Origin: Candidatus Cloacimonadales bacterium
Lineage (GTDB): Bacteria > Cloacimonadota > Cloacimonadia > Cloacimonadales > JAFGVF01
Direction of reading: 5' to 3'
Assembly: GCA_963662585.1 (NCBI GenBank)
Contig: OY759729.1
Coordinates: forward strand, 128,001-192,000
Length of the DNA: 64,000 bases
The notes below the pieces were generated by a model. It ran no database searches and was not told the origin of the DNA. It saw only the letters and a list, made by a program, of their open reading frames with translations. The stretch's first letter is position 1. Every line of letters begins with the position of its first letter. Positions 16,859 through 26,855 of the stretch are shown in pieces. A program made the translations under genes and the position numbers.

Positions 16859-16963
16859 ATGAATGTGCAAGACTTCTTTATTAAGCATAAAGGCTATGCC
16901 AGAATGAAGGATTTAAAAGAAAATAAGTTCCATACTAGAGTCATTACAGAGGCTGTAGAATAA
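16859..16963 (+). pseudogene. Truncated copy (34 codons) of the AbiEi antitoxin N-terminus with its upstream operator region
   Basis: MNVQDFFIKHKGYARMKDLKENKFHTRVI vs MNVQDFFGKHNGYARMNDLKENGFHTRVI at 25363; the upstream ~90 bp is also duplicated. Confidence 0.85.
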
Positions 16964-17100
16964 ATCCTAAGCCTTGTTTTTTTGTCTATGATCCGATGTT
17001 GGACAACTTTTTTGTCAAATTCTAATGCCTGTAACAACTAAGGATATAATACCAAAGAACTTATCAAAGTAAGGATTTGTTGTTAGGAATAAAGAAAAAT

Positions 17101-17149
17101 ACTCCTACCCAGGGCAAAAGCTATATGCAATGTTACCTTGAGTAAGAGT
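17101..17149 (-). terminator. Probable intrinsic terminator of the PKD/LamG gene
   Basis: 17-bp imperfect inverted repeat with G-U pairs on the minus strand followed by ATTTTTCTTT. Confidence 0.55.
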
Positions 17150-17202
17150 GAAAAATTAAATGATTATAATCTTGTAATGATAGAAGATTAGAGATTCAAT
17201 CT

Positions 17203-20200
17203 TTATTTACTATTAGTCTTAATCTGATATTTCTGAATATTGTTTATCCTTCTAATCATTCCACTATTAGCCCTAATCTTAAAAAACAATTTATCCGCAT
17301 ATTCTACTACATCAGGTAATTCAAGATATGATTCGTTAACTGTTCCGATTAAGGAGTCAAAATTACATTCAAAATCCGGATAATCTCCTACATAAACTTC
17401 ATAATAACTTATTACTATATTATTACCGAAAATATCAACAGCTACATCATCCCAATCTAAGATTATAAGACCTTCTGAAATTTCTACTGTTAGGTTGTCT
17501 GGAGTTTCCGGAGGAGCTGAAGAACTTGTCATTGCAGTAATAATTTCAGGATATTCGAAACTTCCTCCAATTCCATCAAGAGCAAGTAGCAAGAAATAGT
17601 AGCGAGTTCCCGGATTTAACCCTGATATTGTAGTGCTAATCAACTCTGAGTTTGGATTGGACATATTTGAATCATTATTCCAATCCCAGTTGGAATCTGA
17701 AGTATTCACATCTGGAAGAGTTGAATAATGAATTCTATAACGTAACAGGCTTATATTAGCTACTGTTTCCCAAGCAAGTTGAACTGTTGAATCAGCTACT
17801 TCTTGAACAAAAAATGTTGTTATTTCTGCAGGAGGCAGAGTAGAGATCCTAACCACCCAATCATCATCAACACCTTCTTGAGAATTCACACCACTATATC
17901 CAATATTACCATAAATATCTGATGCTTTAAACTCGAAAGGTAGAATTCCGTCTGAGTCGAAAGTAACCTCAAAGGAAAGATTTACCTCATCTCTTTCGTG
18001 AATAATTCTTGTTGAATCAGGTATAAGAAGCCATAATTCTGTCTCATCATAAATCCCATTCCCATTATAATCAATACGATAATTCATACTACCAATATTG
18101 ATGCTGCTTAAATCATTGATACTACAACCTATTTGTACTGTGCGTGAATTTTGCCAAACCGGTTCAGGTTGAAGTTGAGGTATCGGACTCGACAATATCG
18201 GAGATTGATTATCGATATGAAATAGAATAGATTCTGATAGGTTAGAATAATTATTACTTTGATCTATGGCCCTTATAGTTATCCAATAATCTCCATTATC
18301 CAAATCCGTAATTGTTGTTTGGGTAGTAGTAATATAAAATAAGCTTGAATCTTGTTCGACTGACCACATTAGATCTTCAATATTTACTTCTGCATCTTGA
18401 GAAAGATATAGCTCATATCTTTCAAAATATGTTTCAGAACTTTGCTCCCATGATAAAGTTGCACTGTGAGAAGTTTGGGAAATTAAAGATAATCCATTAA
18501 CTGGGTTAGGAGGATCATTATCAAGAAAATCACCATAAATGTTAAAATCTTCAATATCCCAATAATTGTCCTGTCCGGTATTCACAGTATTATTACCATA
18601 AATCCACCTGAACTTTACATTAGATTTCCCTGTTAAGCCGGGGAGTAAGTATGATTTCATCTCATTATGTTGACTTGTATAAGTTTCAACTACTGTATAT
18701 GTTATATTGTTTAGGGTGTAAGCAAAAGAACCTTGACCATTGCTGTATGGTAGAAAATCAGAATTGAAGGAAATTGTAATATTTTGAAAATTACTAAAAT
18801 TATAGTTAGGGGATAATAAACGTTCATTTGCAGTTTTACCTGTATTTACCATAACCTGTAATTTATAATCATCACCTTCATCTAAAATAGCCTGCCATGG
18901 ATAATCTGTAGAACCATAATGTGAGACTGACCAGCCTTGTGGAATGTTTCCTTCATTATCAAAATCCTCACTTGTTTCTAATGTTTGAACAACTGTAACT
19001 CGAAGTACTTGCTCAACATAACCCAAATCATTACTTACTCTTATTGTTATGTATTCGGTTCCATACCAATCTGTAGTTGGTTCTAAACTTAAAATACTCC
19101 CACCTAAAACAGTTGTTGAAATCATAGTGTTGCCTGTGAAAGTATAGGAGAGTTTATTACCAGCAAAGAATTCGTCTAAATCTATACTTTGATTGATTGT
19201 ATTCCAATGTATATGTAGGTTCTCTAAATTGGTAGTAATTGTTGGAAATTCAATCATTGGGTCTGGTTTATTGTATAACGATAGTATTTCATCATTATCT
19301 AAAACTCTATCATAAACTCTTAAGTCATCAAAGTAACCTATAAATTGTTGGGATTCTTCCCAGCTACCGCCCACTACATCTTGGTCATTACCAATATATA
19401 GACCATTTTCAGCAATATTGGTAGTACCTTGATCAAAGGTGAAGCTATCTTCTTGATTACCATTTATAAATAGACTAAAGAGACCTGTTTGAGCATCTCT
19501 AGTACATGCTACATTTACCCATTGATTAATTGGTACATAGTAAGATGTTTCATATATTTCACCCTTAATATGAAGTTTTATATGTTGAGATTCCACAAAG
19601 ATTAAATACTCATTCTCATGTTCGTTTGATGCTCCTGATATGAGACCATAAGTTTGCACTGATGGATTAATCCAAAAAGAGACTGTGGAATTATCTAAAC
19701 CATCTAGTACTTGATAAGGTAATTCAATTGTCTCGAGGTAACTTGAGAACTGATATGCATTGTTTTCATTTTGAAATCTATCTGCAGTAGGGCTAGGTCC
19801 ATCTACTGAACCATGATATTCATTCCCACTCTCATCGGTTGCATTACCATCAAAAGGATAATAAGCAACTAGTCCGTGATCTAAAGGTTCAACTACTCGG
19901 ATATAGTTTTCGTTAGTAATAGAATCATTGTCTTCGTCCCACCAAGTTGTAAGAGTAACATCATATTCTCCAATTTGAGAATAAATCCATGTAGGATTCT
20001 CTTCAGTAGAATCAATTATTCCATCTGAGTCGAAATCCCATTCCCATGAAGTTGGTGTTCCTGTTGAAGTATCTTCAAACTGAACTTGTAAAGGTAAACA
20101 TCCTTGTGTAACATTTGAAGTGAAACCTGATGTTAAACCAACAGAAGTTTCAACTTGAATATAATCAATATATCCTTTCATTTCATAATTCCATGTCTCT

Positions 20201-20748
20201 GAAAACATCTTGATAGATATTTCATTATTTTCGTCACTAATATCCGAAGAACCACTTTCGATTAGTTCTCCATCTATGTAAGCCCAATAAAAGTCATTAA
20301 ATTCTTCTAACCTATAAACATGCCAGTTCCCAGCTTGTACTTGTAAAGTTATAGGAGTTGAATCTTCTTCTCCTACAGTAAAACAATCATCAGTTAGGTG
20401 GAAATTATATCCTACGAAATCAATGTTCTTATTACGAACATTAAAATGAACCACACGGGTAACTTCTGTATATAGTATTCTAGCTTCAATAGCAATTGCA
20501 TTTTCTGATGGAAAATTTGGTATCTGCGTCTTAATCCAATTCCAATCAGAATTCATATACCACACTGAATCTCCATTATATGAAGTTATACCTTGTCCTC
20601 CAGCTGCCCCATTAGCTGCATACCATCCTTGAGCTTGGCCATCCTCAAAATCTTCTATGTATGTAACATCCCATTCGAAGTCTTCACAATGAAAAATACT
20701 AACATAAAAGATTGAAACCAACAAAGTAATAAATATTTTTTTGATCAT
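17203..20748 (-). CDS. Secreted multidomain protein (concanavalin-like domain, PKD, LamG-like, cadherin-like, cleaved-adhesin-like, FN3, Ig-like C-terminal domain)
   Basis: Signal peptide MIKKIFITLL; PKD SWEWDFDSDG..DSTEENP; LamG GLVAYYPFDGNATDESGN...FDDLRVYDRVL; RBS GAGGAGG. Confidence 0.85.
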   Translation of the reverse strand: MIKKIFITLLVSIFYVSIFHCEDFEWDVTYIEDFEDGQAQGWYAANGAAGGQGITSYNGDSVWYMNSDWNWIKTQIPNFPSENAIAIEARILYTEVTRVVHFNVRNKNIDFVGYNFHLTDDCFTVGEEDSTPITLQVQAGNWHVYRLEEFNDFYWAYIDGELIESGSSDISDENNEISIKMFSETWNYEMKGYIDYIQVETSVGLTSGFTSNVTQGCLPLQVQFEDTSTGTPTSWEWDFDSDGIIDSTEENPTWIYSQIGEYDVTLTTWWDEDNDSITNENYIRVVEPLDHGLVAYYPFDGNATDESGNEYHGSVDGPSPTADRFQNENNAYQFSSYLETIELPYQVLDGLDNSTVSFWINPSVQTYGLISGASNEHENEYLIFVESQHIKLHIKGEIYETSYYVPINQWVNVACTRDAQTGLFSLFINGNQEDSFTFDQGTTNIAENGLYIGNDQDVVGGSWEESQQFIGYFDDLRVYDRVLDNDEILSLYNKPDPMIEFPTITTNLENLHIHWNTINQSIDLDEFFAGNKLSYTFTGNTMISTTVLGGSILSLEPTTDWYGTEYITIRVSNDLGYVEQVLRVTVVQTLETSEDFDNEGNIPQGWSVSHYGSTDYPWQAILDEGDDYKLQVMVNTGKTANERLLSPNYNFSNFQNITISFNSDFLPYSNGQGSFAYTLNNITYTVVETYTSQHNEMKSYLLPGLTGKSNVKFRWIYGNNTVNTGQDNYWDIEDFNIYGDFLDNDPPNPVNGLSLISQTSHSATLSWEQSSETYFERYELYLSQDAEVNIEDLMWSVEQDSSLFYITTTQTTITDLDNGDYWITIRAIDQSNNYSNLSESILFHIDNQSPILSSPIPQLQPEPVWQNSRTVQIGCSINDLSSINIGSMNYRIDYNGNGIYDETELWLLIPDSTRIIHERDEVNLSFEVTFDSDGILPFEFKASDIYGNIGYSGVNSQEGVDDDWVVRISTLPPAEITTFFVQEVADSTVQLAWETVANISLLRYRIHYSTLPDVNTSDSNWDWNNDSNMSNPNSELISTTISGLNPGTRYYFLLLALDGIGGSFEYPEIITAMTSSSAPPETPDNLTVEISEGLIILDWDDVAVDIFGNNIVISYYEVYVGDYPDFECNFDSLIGTVNESYLELPDVVEYADKLFFKIRANSGMIRRINNIQKYQIKTNSK

Positions 20749-20798
20749 AATACCTCCTCGAATCTAAAAATTCCTTGTTATATTTATAATGTTTTCAA

Positions 20799-21452
20799 TT
20801 ATGTAACAGGTAACAGAAACATTTTAGAATGCTTTTCTTCTACCTTAATCCTAATTACCCCATTTATTCTTTTCCGTCCTGGATGAAATGGATTTCCTTG
20901 CTTTGAGAGCCCATCTTTCCCATGATATGAAAAAGCATAAATATTTTCTTTATCTATTAGTTTATGTAAAAGGTGATTAACTTCACTTTGATGAATGCTC
21001 TTCTTAAACTTAGACGGGTTATCTCCATAAGCCAAAATTATTTTATCTGCACTTTTCACCAACTCATCACCTTTATCCCTATTCTTAGCTAATTCATCTT
21101 GAAATAAAGAATCTTGACTATTAGAATCGAAGATTTGTCTAAGATTACTTGATTCAGGTTCAGAGAATGGAAATAAGTTAGATACAGTAATTTCTTTAGC
21201 CTGATTAAATTTCGGGCATTCATAAATATATTTAATTACAGAATTCATAGTGTTATCAGAATTGTCTTTCCCTGCTTTTGAAGGGTTCATCATTATGAGT
21301 TGAATAGTTTCTGATTTATTTTCTCTACCTTTTAATGGGATAGTTAAAAGACTCCTAACCCCGAGTAATTCATTACATTGAATTTCTTTAAACTCTACAT
21401 AGATTCTACTTTTATCAACATATTCTTCTTTATAATCGATATTTCTATTCAC
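20799..21452 (-). CDS. DUF1643-family protein
   Basis: MMNPSKA..DSDNT, V.NLF, ILAYGD, G.PFHP motifs. Confidence 0.75.
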   Translation of the reverse strand: MNRNIDYKEEYVDKSRIYVEFKEIQCNELLGVRSLLTIPLKGRENKSETIQLIMMNPSKAGKDNSDNTMNSVIKYIYECPKFNQAKEITVSNLFPFSEPESSNLRQIFDSNSQDSLFQDELAKNRDKGDELVKSADKIILAYGDNPSKFKKSIHQSEVNHLLHKLIDKENIYAFSYHGKDGLSKQGNPFHPGRKRINGVIRIKVEEKHSKMFLLPVT

Positions 21453-21673
21453 AATTGCTTGCTCCTTTTATACATTTCAAAAAATTTAATCCATTAAGAG
21501 TATTTATCATATAAATTACTGCTACTATTATTTAAAATATTTTTCCCAAAACTAATTTTATTAATAAACTTTTAGAGATTATATGTCAAGGAAAAATTTA
21601 TAATTTTCTTATTTAACTTAATGGAGACTGTTAAAATTATTATATTGAGTTAAGTAAACTGTCATTCCGCCCA

Positions 21674-22627
21674 ATGAAAAACGATGGAAGCTCTGATATC
21701 TCAGTGAGATTAGAGAATGAAACTGTTTGGTTAACCATAGACCAAATGGCAGAACTCTTTGATAAAAGTCGTTCTACTATCAACGAACATATTCTAAATA
21801 TCTATAAAGAAGAAGAGCTATTGAAAGAAGATACAATAAGAAAAATCGGAAATTCCGATTTTTCTACTAAACCTAATAATTTCTATAACTTAGATGTTAT
21901 TATTTCAGTAGGTTATAGAGTTAAATCAGTCCAAGGAACTCGTTTTAGGCAATGGGCTACTAAAAGACTAAAAGAGTATATCGTAAAAAGATTCGCTTTA
22001 GATGACCAACGCTTAAAGATTTAGGTGGAGATAACTATTGGAAAGAATTACTTGATAGAATTCGAGATATACGAAGTAGTGAAAAAGTAATGTATAGGCA
22101 AGTTTTAGAGCTTTATGCTACTGCAGTTGATTACACTCCAAAAAGTGAGGAAAGTGTTATATTTTTTCAAATAGTTCAGAATAAATTACATTTTGCAGCT
22201 CACGATAACACTGCAAGTGAAGTTATTTATTTACATGTTGACAGCAACTAGCCTTTTGCTGGACACACAAATTTTAAGGAGAACACCCAACTCAAGCCGA
22301 AGCTATGATTGCTAAAAACTATCTATCAATACAAGAATTAAAAGTGTTGAATAATCTTGTATCAGCTTATTTTGATCTAGCAGGGTTAAATGCTATAGAA
22401 GAAAAAGTAATGACAATGTCTGATTATGTTCGAGAGTTGGATAACATTCTCTCATCGGCAGGTCGTAAGATACTAATAATTCTGGTTCTGTGTCTTCTCT
22501 GGAAGCTAAAACAAAAGCAAAAACTGAATATAAAAAATATAAAGCTAAAACGTTAGAAAGTGTTGAGAAAGAATATCTAAATACTATAAATTCTATAGAA
22601 AAAAAATGCTAAACTTAGTAGCCATAG
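21674..22627 (+). pseudogene. rhuM: RhuM-family protein pseudogene
   Basis: ETVWLTIDQMAELF, YNLDVIISVGYRVKS.QGTRFRQWAT, LLDRIRDIRSSEK, VQNKLHFAAH, IAKNYL; frameshift near 22017, TAG at 22249-22251, further frameshifts near 22280 and 22477. Confidence 0.88.
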
Positions 22628-22676
22628 AAACAAAAAAAATAAAGGCTTTAAAAGACCTGAAATTATTGAAAAGAAT

Positions 22677-22782
22677 GGAGTTGATCTATCTTTACTCATG
22701 AGGGTATTTAACCACTCCTCCTAAGCTCTCTATATCGGGATTACTCAAGATCAGATTGATGATGTTTATGTAAATTTGGATA
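22677..22782 (+). pseudogene. C-terminal remnant of a tyrosine recombinase
   Basis: Reads GVDLSLLMRVFNHSS*ALYIGITQDQIDDVYVNL, the H...Y catalytic tail of this integrase subfamily. Confidence 0.8.
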
Positions 22783-22834
22783 AGATTTTACAATTTATAA
22801 GTCATTTTCACTGATGTGAGAAAGTGAACTTTAT

Positions 22835-22930
22835 AATAGAGTTATATTGATGGAGTTTTTCCAGAAATGGTTGAATACATTTGTTAATGCTATTCGTCCA
22901 AGGATTAAAGAAATTGATAGAGATATGTAG
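22835..22930 (+). pseudogene. 3' remnant paralogous to the 15553-16749 nuclease/DUF4268 gene
   Basis: NRVILMEFFQKWLNTFVNAIRPRIKEIDRDM* vs NREMLIKFFKHWLNAFVNTFRPRIKEIERDS*. Confidence 0.85.
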
Positions 22931-22983
22931 TTTTGTGAGATAATGTAAAGAAATATTCAAACTGTTATAGAATATTAAATTTC

Positions 22984-23025
22984 TAAGTCCTTCTAGATCT
23001 CAATATCAAGAAGGACTTATTTTTT
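22984..23025 (+). terminator. Intrinsic terminator-like hairpin
   Basis: TAAGTCCTTCT...AGAAGGACTTA followed by TTTTTT. Confidence 0.6.
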
Positions 23026-23079
23026 ATTCCCCTCTTCATTTCTGTTAGGCAATATTAAAAAGAGGGTAGGTAATTTGAA

Positions 23080-23445
23080 TTATTTAATTACAATTATTTG
23101 GACCATATCTATAACATAGTCAGAGAGGAAGATATAATCTTCATAACTTTGTTCATTTCTACCCCACAGTTCCAATATGAATTTTCTAACATTCTCCGAC
23201 AAGTGAAACTGTTTGGTCTTCCTCGTCTTCTTCTCCCTGATAGAAATAGCCTCTCTGAATAATGGTTCATCTCCTGCTTGACTGAAAACAGAATTCCATT
23301 TGAGATTCAGAATATCTGATATTCTCAATCCAGTCTTATTCCCAATTTCAAATAATACTAATTCTTTTAGTTTCCCTTCTTTCCTCATTAACTTCTTAAT
23401 CCTATCAATTTTCTTAACTTCTCTAATTGGTTGAACATAATTCAT
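23080..23445 (-). pseudogene. N-terminal half of a tyrosine recombinase (truncated)
   Basis: MNYVQPIR, KTGLRISDILNLKW (catalytic R), IREKKTRK (catalytic K); ends before the HxxR and Y motifs. Confidence 0.85.
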
Positions 23446-23825
23446 ATATTATCCTTATAGATTACTTATTGAGCTAATATGCTCGATTTGTAATATAAAA
23501 AAGCTGATACCGATTACTTGAATCGGCATCAGGCTTCTAATCAGCTATATAAATTATGTTTATGAATTGAGATTTTACTTCAATTAACATATTTGTGTAA
23601 AGTAATTTTGGATAGAGCAAAGCATTTGCTTCCGTTAGACTGGACAATATTGTAAGTTGTCAGGAGGCGAATATTTTTATTGACACTTTCTGAAATTAGT
23701 AAAGAATGGATGTGTTGGATAGTAATATAGATTGCTTAGTTACAAGAAGCCCTTACAAAGAACAATGCATGAACTTCATACATGTAAAATACGATTAACT
23801 AAAACTTAAAAATTAGGAGTGAAAA

Positions 23826-24863
23826 ATGGTGAAGAAAGTAATAAATGGGATTGAATACAAACTTCCTAACAAATTATCTAGATTTCAAGAAAAAATGTAT
23901 GTTAACCTTATAGATTACAAGTGGAAACATATAACAAAAAAGCCTGGTATATATAAATATAAAGGTTTGGATATTGAATATGATGTTATTTTACCTGAAT
24001 CTTCAAGGTGTGATTTTCCATTGATTTATTCACCAATATTACCCGTTCTAAAACAACACCGCCAAATGTATAATTTTAAGTTACATATCCATTTTAATCA
24101 TATGGCAAGTTCCCAAGCAGCAAATGTTAACCTATTTCTTCCAATACTTTCATCACCAAAAGCAAATGATATTTTAAGCTTGTTAAAGAAAGATTTCAAT
24201 AGATTAGCAACATCTGAGTTATATAAAGGATTTCGCATAGAATATTGGGATGGCAATTCAAAAGGAGACGAAGGCTTATTGGGTGACCATAACGCAAACT
24301 CTGGCACCGATAGTGATATAGCAATTGCTTACTACAATCATGAAGATGAACTATGTTTATGGTTAATAGAGCATAAACTAACCGAATCTGAATTTACTAC
24401 TTGTGGTGGTTTTAAGAGTAAGGGTAGAGACAAATCAAAACATCTATGCAATAAATCATATACTGAAATTTTAAGCAACAAAAACTTATGTTATTATCAA
24501 GATGTCAAAAAATATAATTATTGGAACATTACGGACACACACAAAAACTACTTTGTAAATAATAGTACTATACCAACATGCCCATTTCAAAAGGGTATGA
24601 ATCAATTGTGGAGAAATCAATTGTTAGGATTTGCTGTAGAGAATAGTAAAGATAATGATTTCAAAAATGTTTTCTTCTCTGTAGTCCATCATCCAGATAA
24701 TCATTCTTTAGATAAAACAATTAATAATTATAAAAACTTGATTAATAACAATCTAAAATTTTCATCATTTACATCAAAGGATGTAATTGATAAGGCAACA
24801 ACTATAAAAGACCAAGGAATTTCAGATTGGATAAAGTGGTATAAAGAGTTGTATAATATTTAG
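23826..24863 (+). CDS. Putative PD-(D/E)XK restriction-endonuclease-like protein (PGN_0703-like)
   Basis: HMASSQAANVNLF, GTDSDIAIAY, LIEHKLTESEF..C, NQLWRN motifs; RBS AGGAG. Confidence 0.65.
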   Translation: MVKKVINGIEYKLPNKLSRFQEKMYVNLIDYKWKHITKKPGIYKYKGLDIEYDVILPESSRCDFPLIYSPILPVLKQHRQMYNFKLHIHFNHMASSQAANVNLFLPILSSPKANDILSLLKKDFNRLATSELYKGFRIEYWDGNSKGDEGLLGDHNANSGTDSDIAIAYYNHEDELCLWLIEHKLTESEFTTCGGFKSKGRDKSKHLCNKSYTEILSNKNLCYYQDVKKYNYWNITDTHKNYFVNNSTIPTCPFQKGMNQLWRNQLLGFAVENSKDNDFKNVFFSVVHHPDNHSLDKTINNYKNLINNNLKFSSFTSKDVIDKATTIKDQGISDWIKWYKELYNI

Positions 24864-25133
24864 AATCTCCCACGATAGAGCTGTAAAGCTCCTATGAACA
24901 GCAGATTTTTTTTCCAGATTAGAACTCGAATTATGCATAAACTAAACTTTATAGAAAAATGGGGTACTGGTATTAATCGTATCTTAACTTCTTGAGAAAA
25001 TAGAGGCCTTAAAAAACCTGAAATTATTGAAAAGAATGACTTCTTTGAAGTGAAACTATTTAAACCAAAAGAAGATTCTTTAGTTAATAATAACAAAATT
25101 ATTGAATCTCCACGGTCGATTACGGACGATTAG
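24860..25133 (+). pseudogene. Remnant of a RecG C-terminal/HATPase_c_4-type (Schlafen/AlbA-associated) regulator
   Basis: LNFIEKWGTGINRILTS*ENRGLKKPEIIEKNDFFEVKL with internal TGA at 24993 and no N-terminal part. Confidence 0.7.
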
Positions 25134-25300
25134 AAAAGGATAAAGCAAATTACAGTGAAATTTCCTAAGTCTTTAATTTCCTATTTCGAAAGCATTGACT
25201 TGCATAGATATTTGATTCAAAATGATATTAGTATAATGACTGGCAGTTTAGTTTTGATTTAGAAAATATCTCTTTACAAGATATTCTACTTACTAAATAT

Positions 25301-25349
25301 TGGTTCTAAGTGAAGGTGGTTTTTGTATATTTACCTTCAAAACGAACCA
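25301..25349 (+). promoter_or_regulatory. Inverted-repeat operator upstream of abiEi
   Basis: TGGTTC....TGAAGGT-N15-ACCTTCA....GAACCA; AbiEi proteins are known to autorepress via promoter inverted repeats. Confidence 0.6.
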
Positions 25350-25362
25350 GAAGGGGAAATCT

Positions 25363-25956
25363 ATGAATGTGCAAGACTTCTTTGGTAAGCATAATGGCTA
25401 TGCCAGAATGAACGATTTGAAAGAGAATGGATTTCACACCAGAGTTATTGCTAAAGCTCTGAGTGATAACATTATTGAAAAAGTTAAACCAGGACTTTAT
25501 AAGCTAGTAGATTATGAGTGGGATGAGAATAGTAGCTTTGTTGATATTACTAAAGTAAACTCCAAGGCAGTAATCTGTCTAAATTCTGCCCTACATTACT
25601 ACAATCTCTCGACAATAAACCCTAATCTTGTACATGTTGCTGTTCCAAATAATACAGCAAGGTTTTCTCTTGATTACCCTCCAGTAAAGCTATTCTATTT
25701 CTCTGATACAATATATCCACCAGAAATAATTGAAATTAAAGGGTCTAATGGTTCTTTCAAAATTTACTCGATAGAGAAAACAATCTGTGATGCTTTTAGA
25801 TATCGTAAAAGAATAGGAGAAGATCTTGCTCTTGAAGCACTAAAGAATTATATGAGAAGAAAAGAATCAGATCTAAATAGACTTTATAAAGTAGCTAAAG
25901 AGTGTAAGATTGATAAAGTTATTGAACCATACATTAAAGCAATGGTGATTGAATGA
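25363..25956 (+). CDS. abiEi: Type IV TA antitoxin AbiEi
   Basis: N-terminal wHTH (IEKVKPGLY), ICLNSALHYY, YSIEKTICDAFRYR; ATG 25363 with GAAGGGG RBS; overlaps the toxin start. Confidence 0.9.
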   Translation: MNVQDFFGKHNGYARMNDLKENGFHTRVIAKALSDNIIEKVKPGLYKLVDYEWDENSSFVDITKVNSKAVICLNSALHYYNLSTINPNLVHVAVPNNTARFSLDYPPVKLFYFSDTIYPPEIIEIKGSNGSFKIYSIEKTICDAFRYRKRIGEDLALEALKNYMRRKESDLNRLYKVAKECKIDKVIEPYIKAMVIE

Positions 25957-26855
25957 TGGCTAAGAATATAGCATCATCAGTAAGAGCTAGACTGTTAGTT
26001 ATAGCAAAAAAAAGTAACCGTGATTTTAACGCTGTTTTGTTGCAATACTTTCAAGAAAGATTCTTATATAGATTATCAATTTCAGAGTCTAAAGAGAATT
26101 TTGTTCTAAAAGGTGCTATGCTTTTTAGGATATATGAAATGCCAGCATCTCGTCCTACTTTAGACATAGACTTCCTATGTAGAAATACTGATAATTCTGA
26201 AGAGAATCTGAATTCGTTAATAAAAGAGATTCTATCAATTGAGTGTAATGATGGGGTAACATTTGATGGTGACTCTATAAGCTCAGAAATTATCAAAGAA
26301 ATTGATGAGTATCAAGGAGTCAGAATATTCTGCCTAGCTTATTTAGGTAAAGCTAAAACCAGACTTCATTTTGATATAGGTTTTGGAGATAAAGTTTTTC
26401 CAGATCCAGCATTATTAGAATTCCCTGTTCTACTAGAAGACCTGCCAATCCCTAAGATCATAGCATATTCACCAGAAACAGCCATTGCAGAAAAGTTTGA
26501 AGCAATTGTGTCATTAGGAATATTCACTAGCAGACTGAAGGATTTCTTTGATATCTACTATATGTCTCAAAACTACAAGTTCTCTTCAGATAACTTAAGA
26601 GAGGCAATCATGATTACCTTTGATAATAGGGAGTCGGATATTAGCAACAGAAATTTTGTTTTCTCGGACGAATTCAAACAGGATAAGAATAAAAGGCAAC
26701 AATGGAAAGCATTTTTAAACAGAATAAGTTCAGAGATTCCATTATCATTTGGTGAGTGCCTTGAATATATTGAGATCTTTTTAGAACCAATTCTAACTGA
26801 TGAGTTAGATGATTATCTTTGGGACAGAGACGGTTTAAAATGGTTAAAGAAATAA
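25953..26855 (+). CDS. abiEii: Type IV TA toxin AbiEii (nucleotidyltransferase)
   Basis: ERFLYRLS, FVLKGAML, RPTLDIDF, DIGFGD, IAEKFEA, SRLKDFFDI. Confidence 0.92.
   Translation: MMAKNIASSVRARLLVIAKKSNRDFNAVLLQYFQERFLYRLSISESKENFVLKGAMLFRIYEMPASRPTLDIDFLCRNTDNSEENLNSLIKEILSIECNDGVTFDGDSISSEIIKEIDEYQGVRIFCLAYLGKAKTRLHFDIGFGDKVFPDPALLEFPVLLEDLPIPKIIAYSPETAIAEKFEAIVSLGIFTSRLKDFFDIYYMSQNYKFSSDNLREAIMITFDNRESDISNRNFVFSDEFKQDKNKRQQWKAFLNRISSEIPLSFGECLEYIEIFLEPILTDELDDYLWDRDGLKWLKK

Noticed and set aside
24993..24995. In-frame TGA at a probable Cys position read as selenocysteine
   Set aside because: It lies in a 5'-truncated gene remnant of a non-redox family with no evident downstream SECIS hairpin; a nonsense mutation is simpler.
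25300..25362. Longer TTG-start N-terminus of AbiEi given by the ORF track
   Set aside because: This segment is the operator palindrome and RBS; ATG 25363 is the better start.
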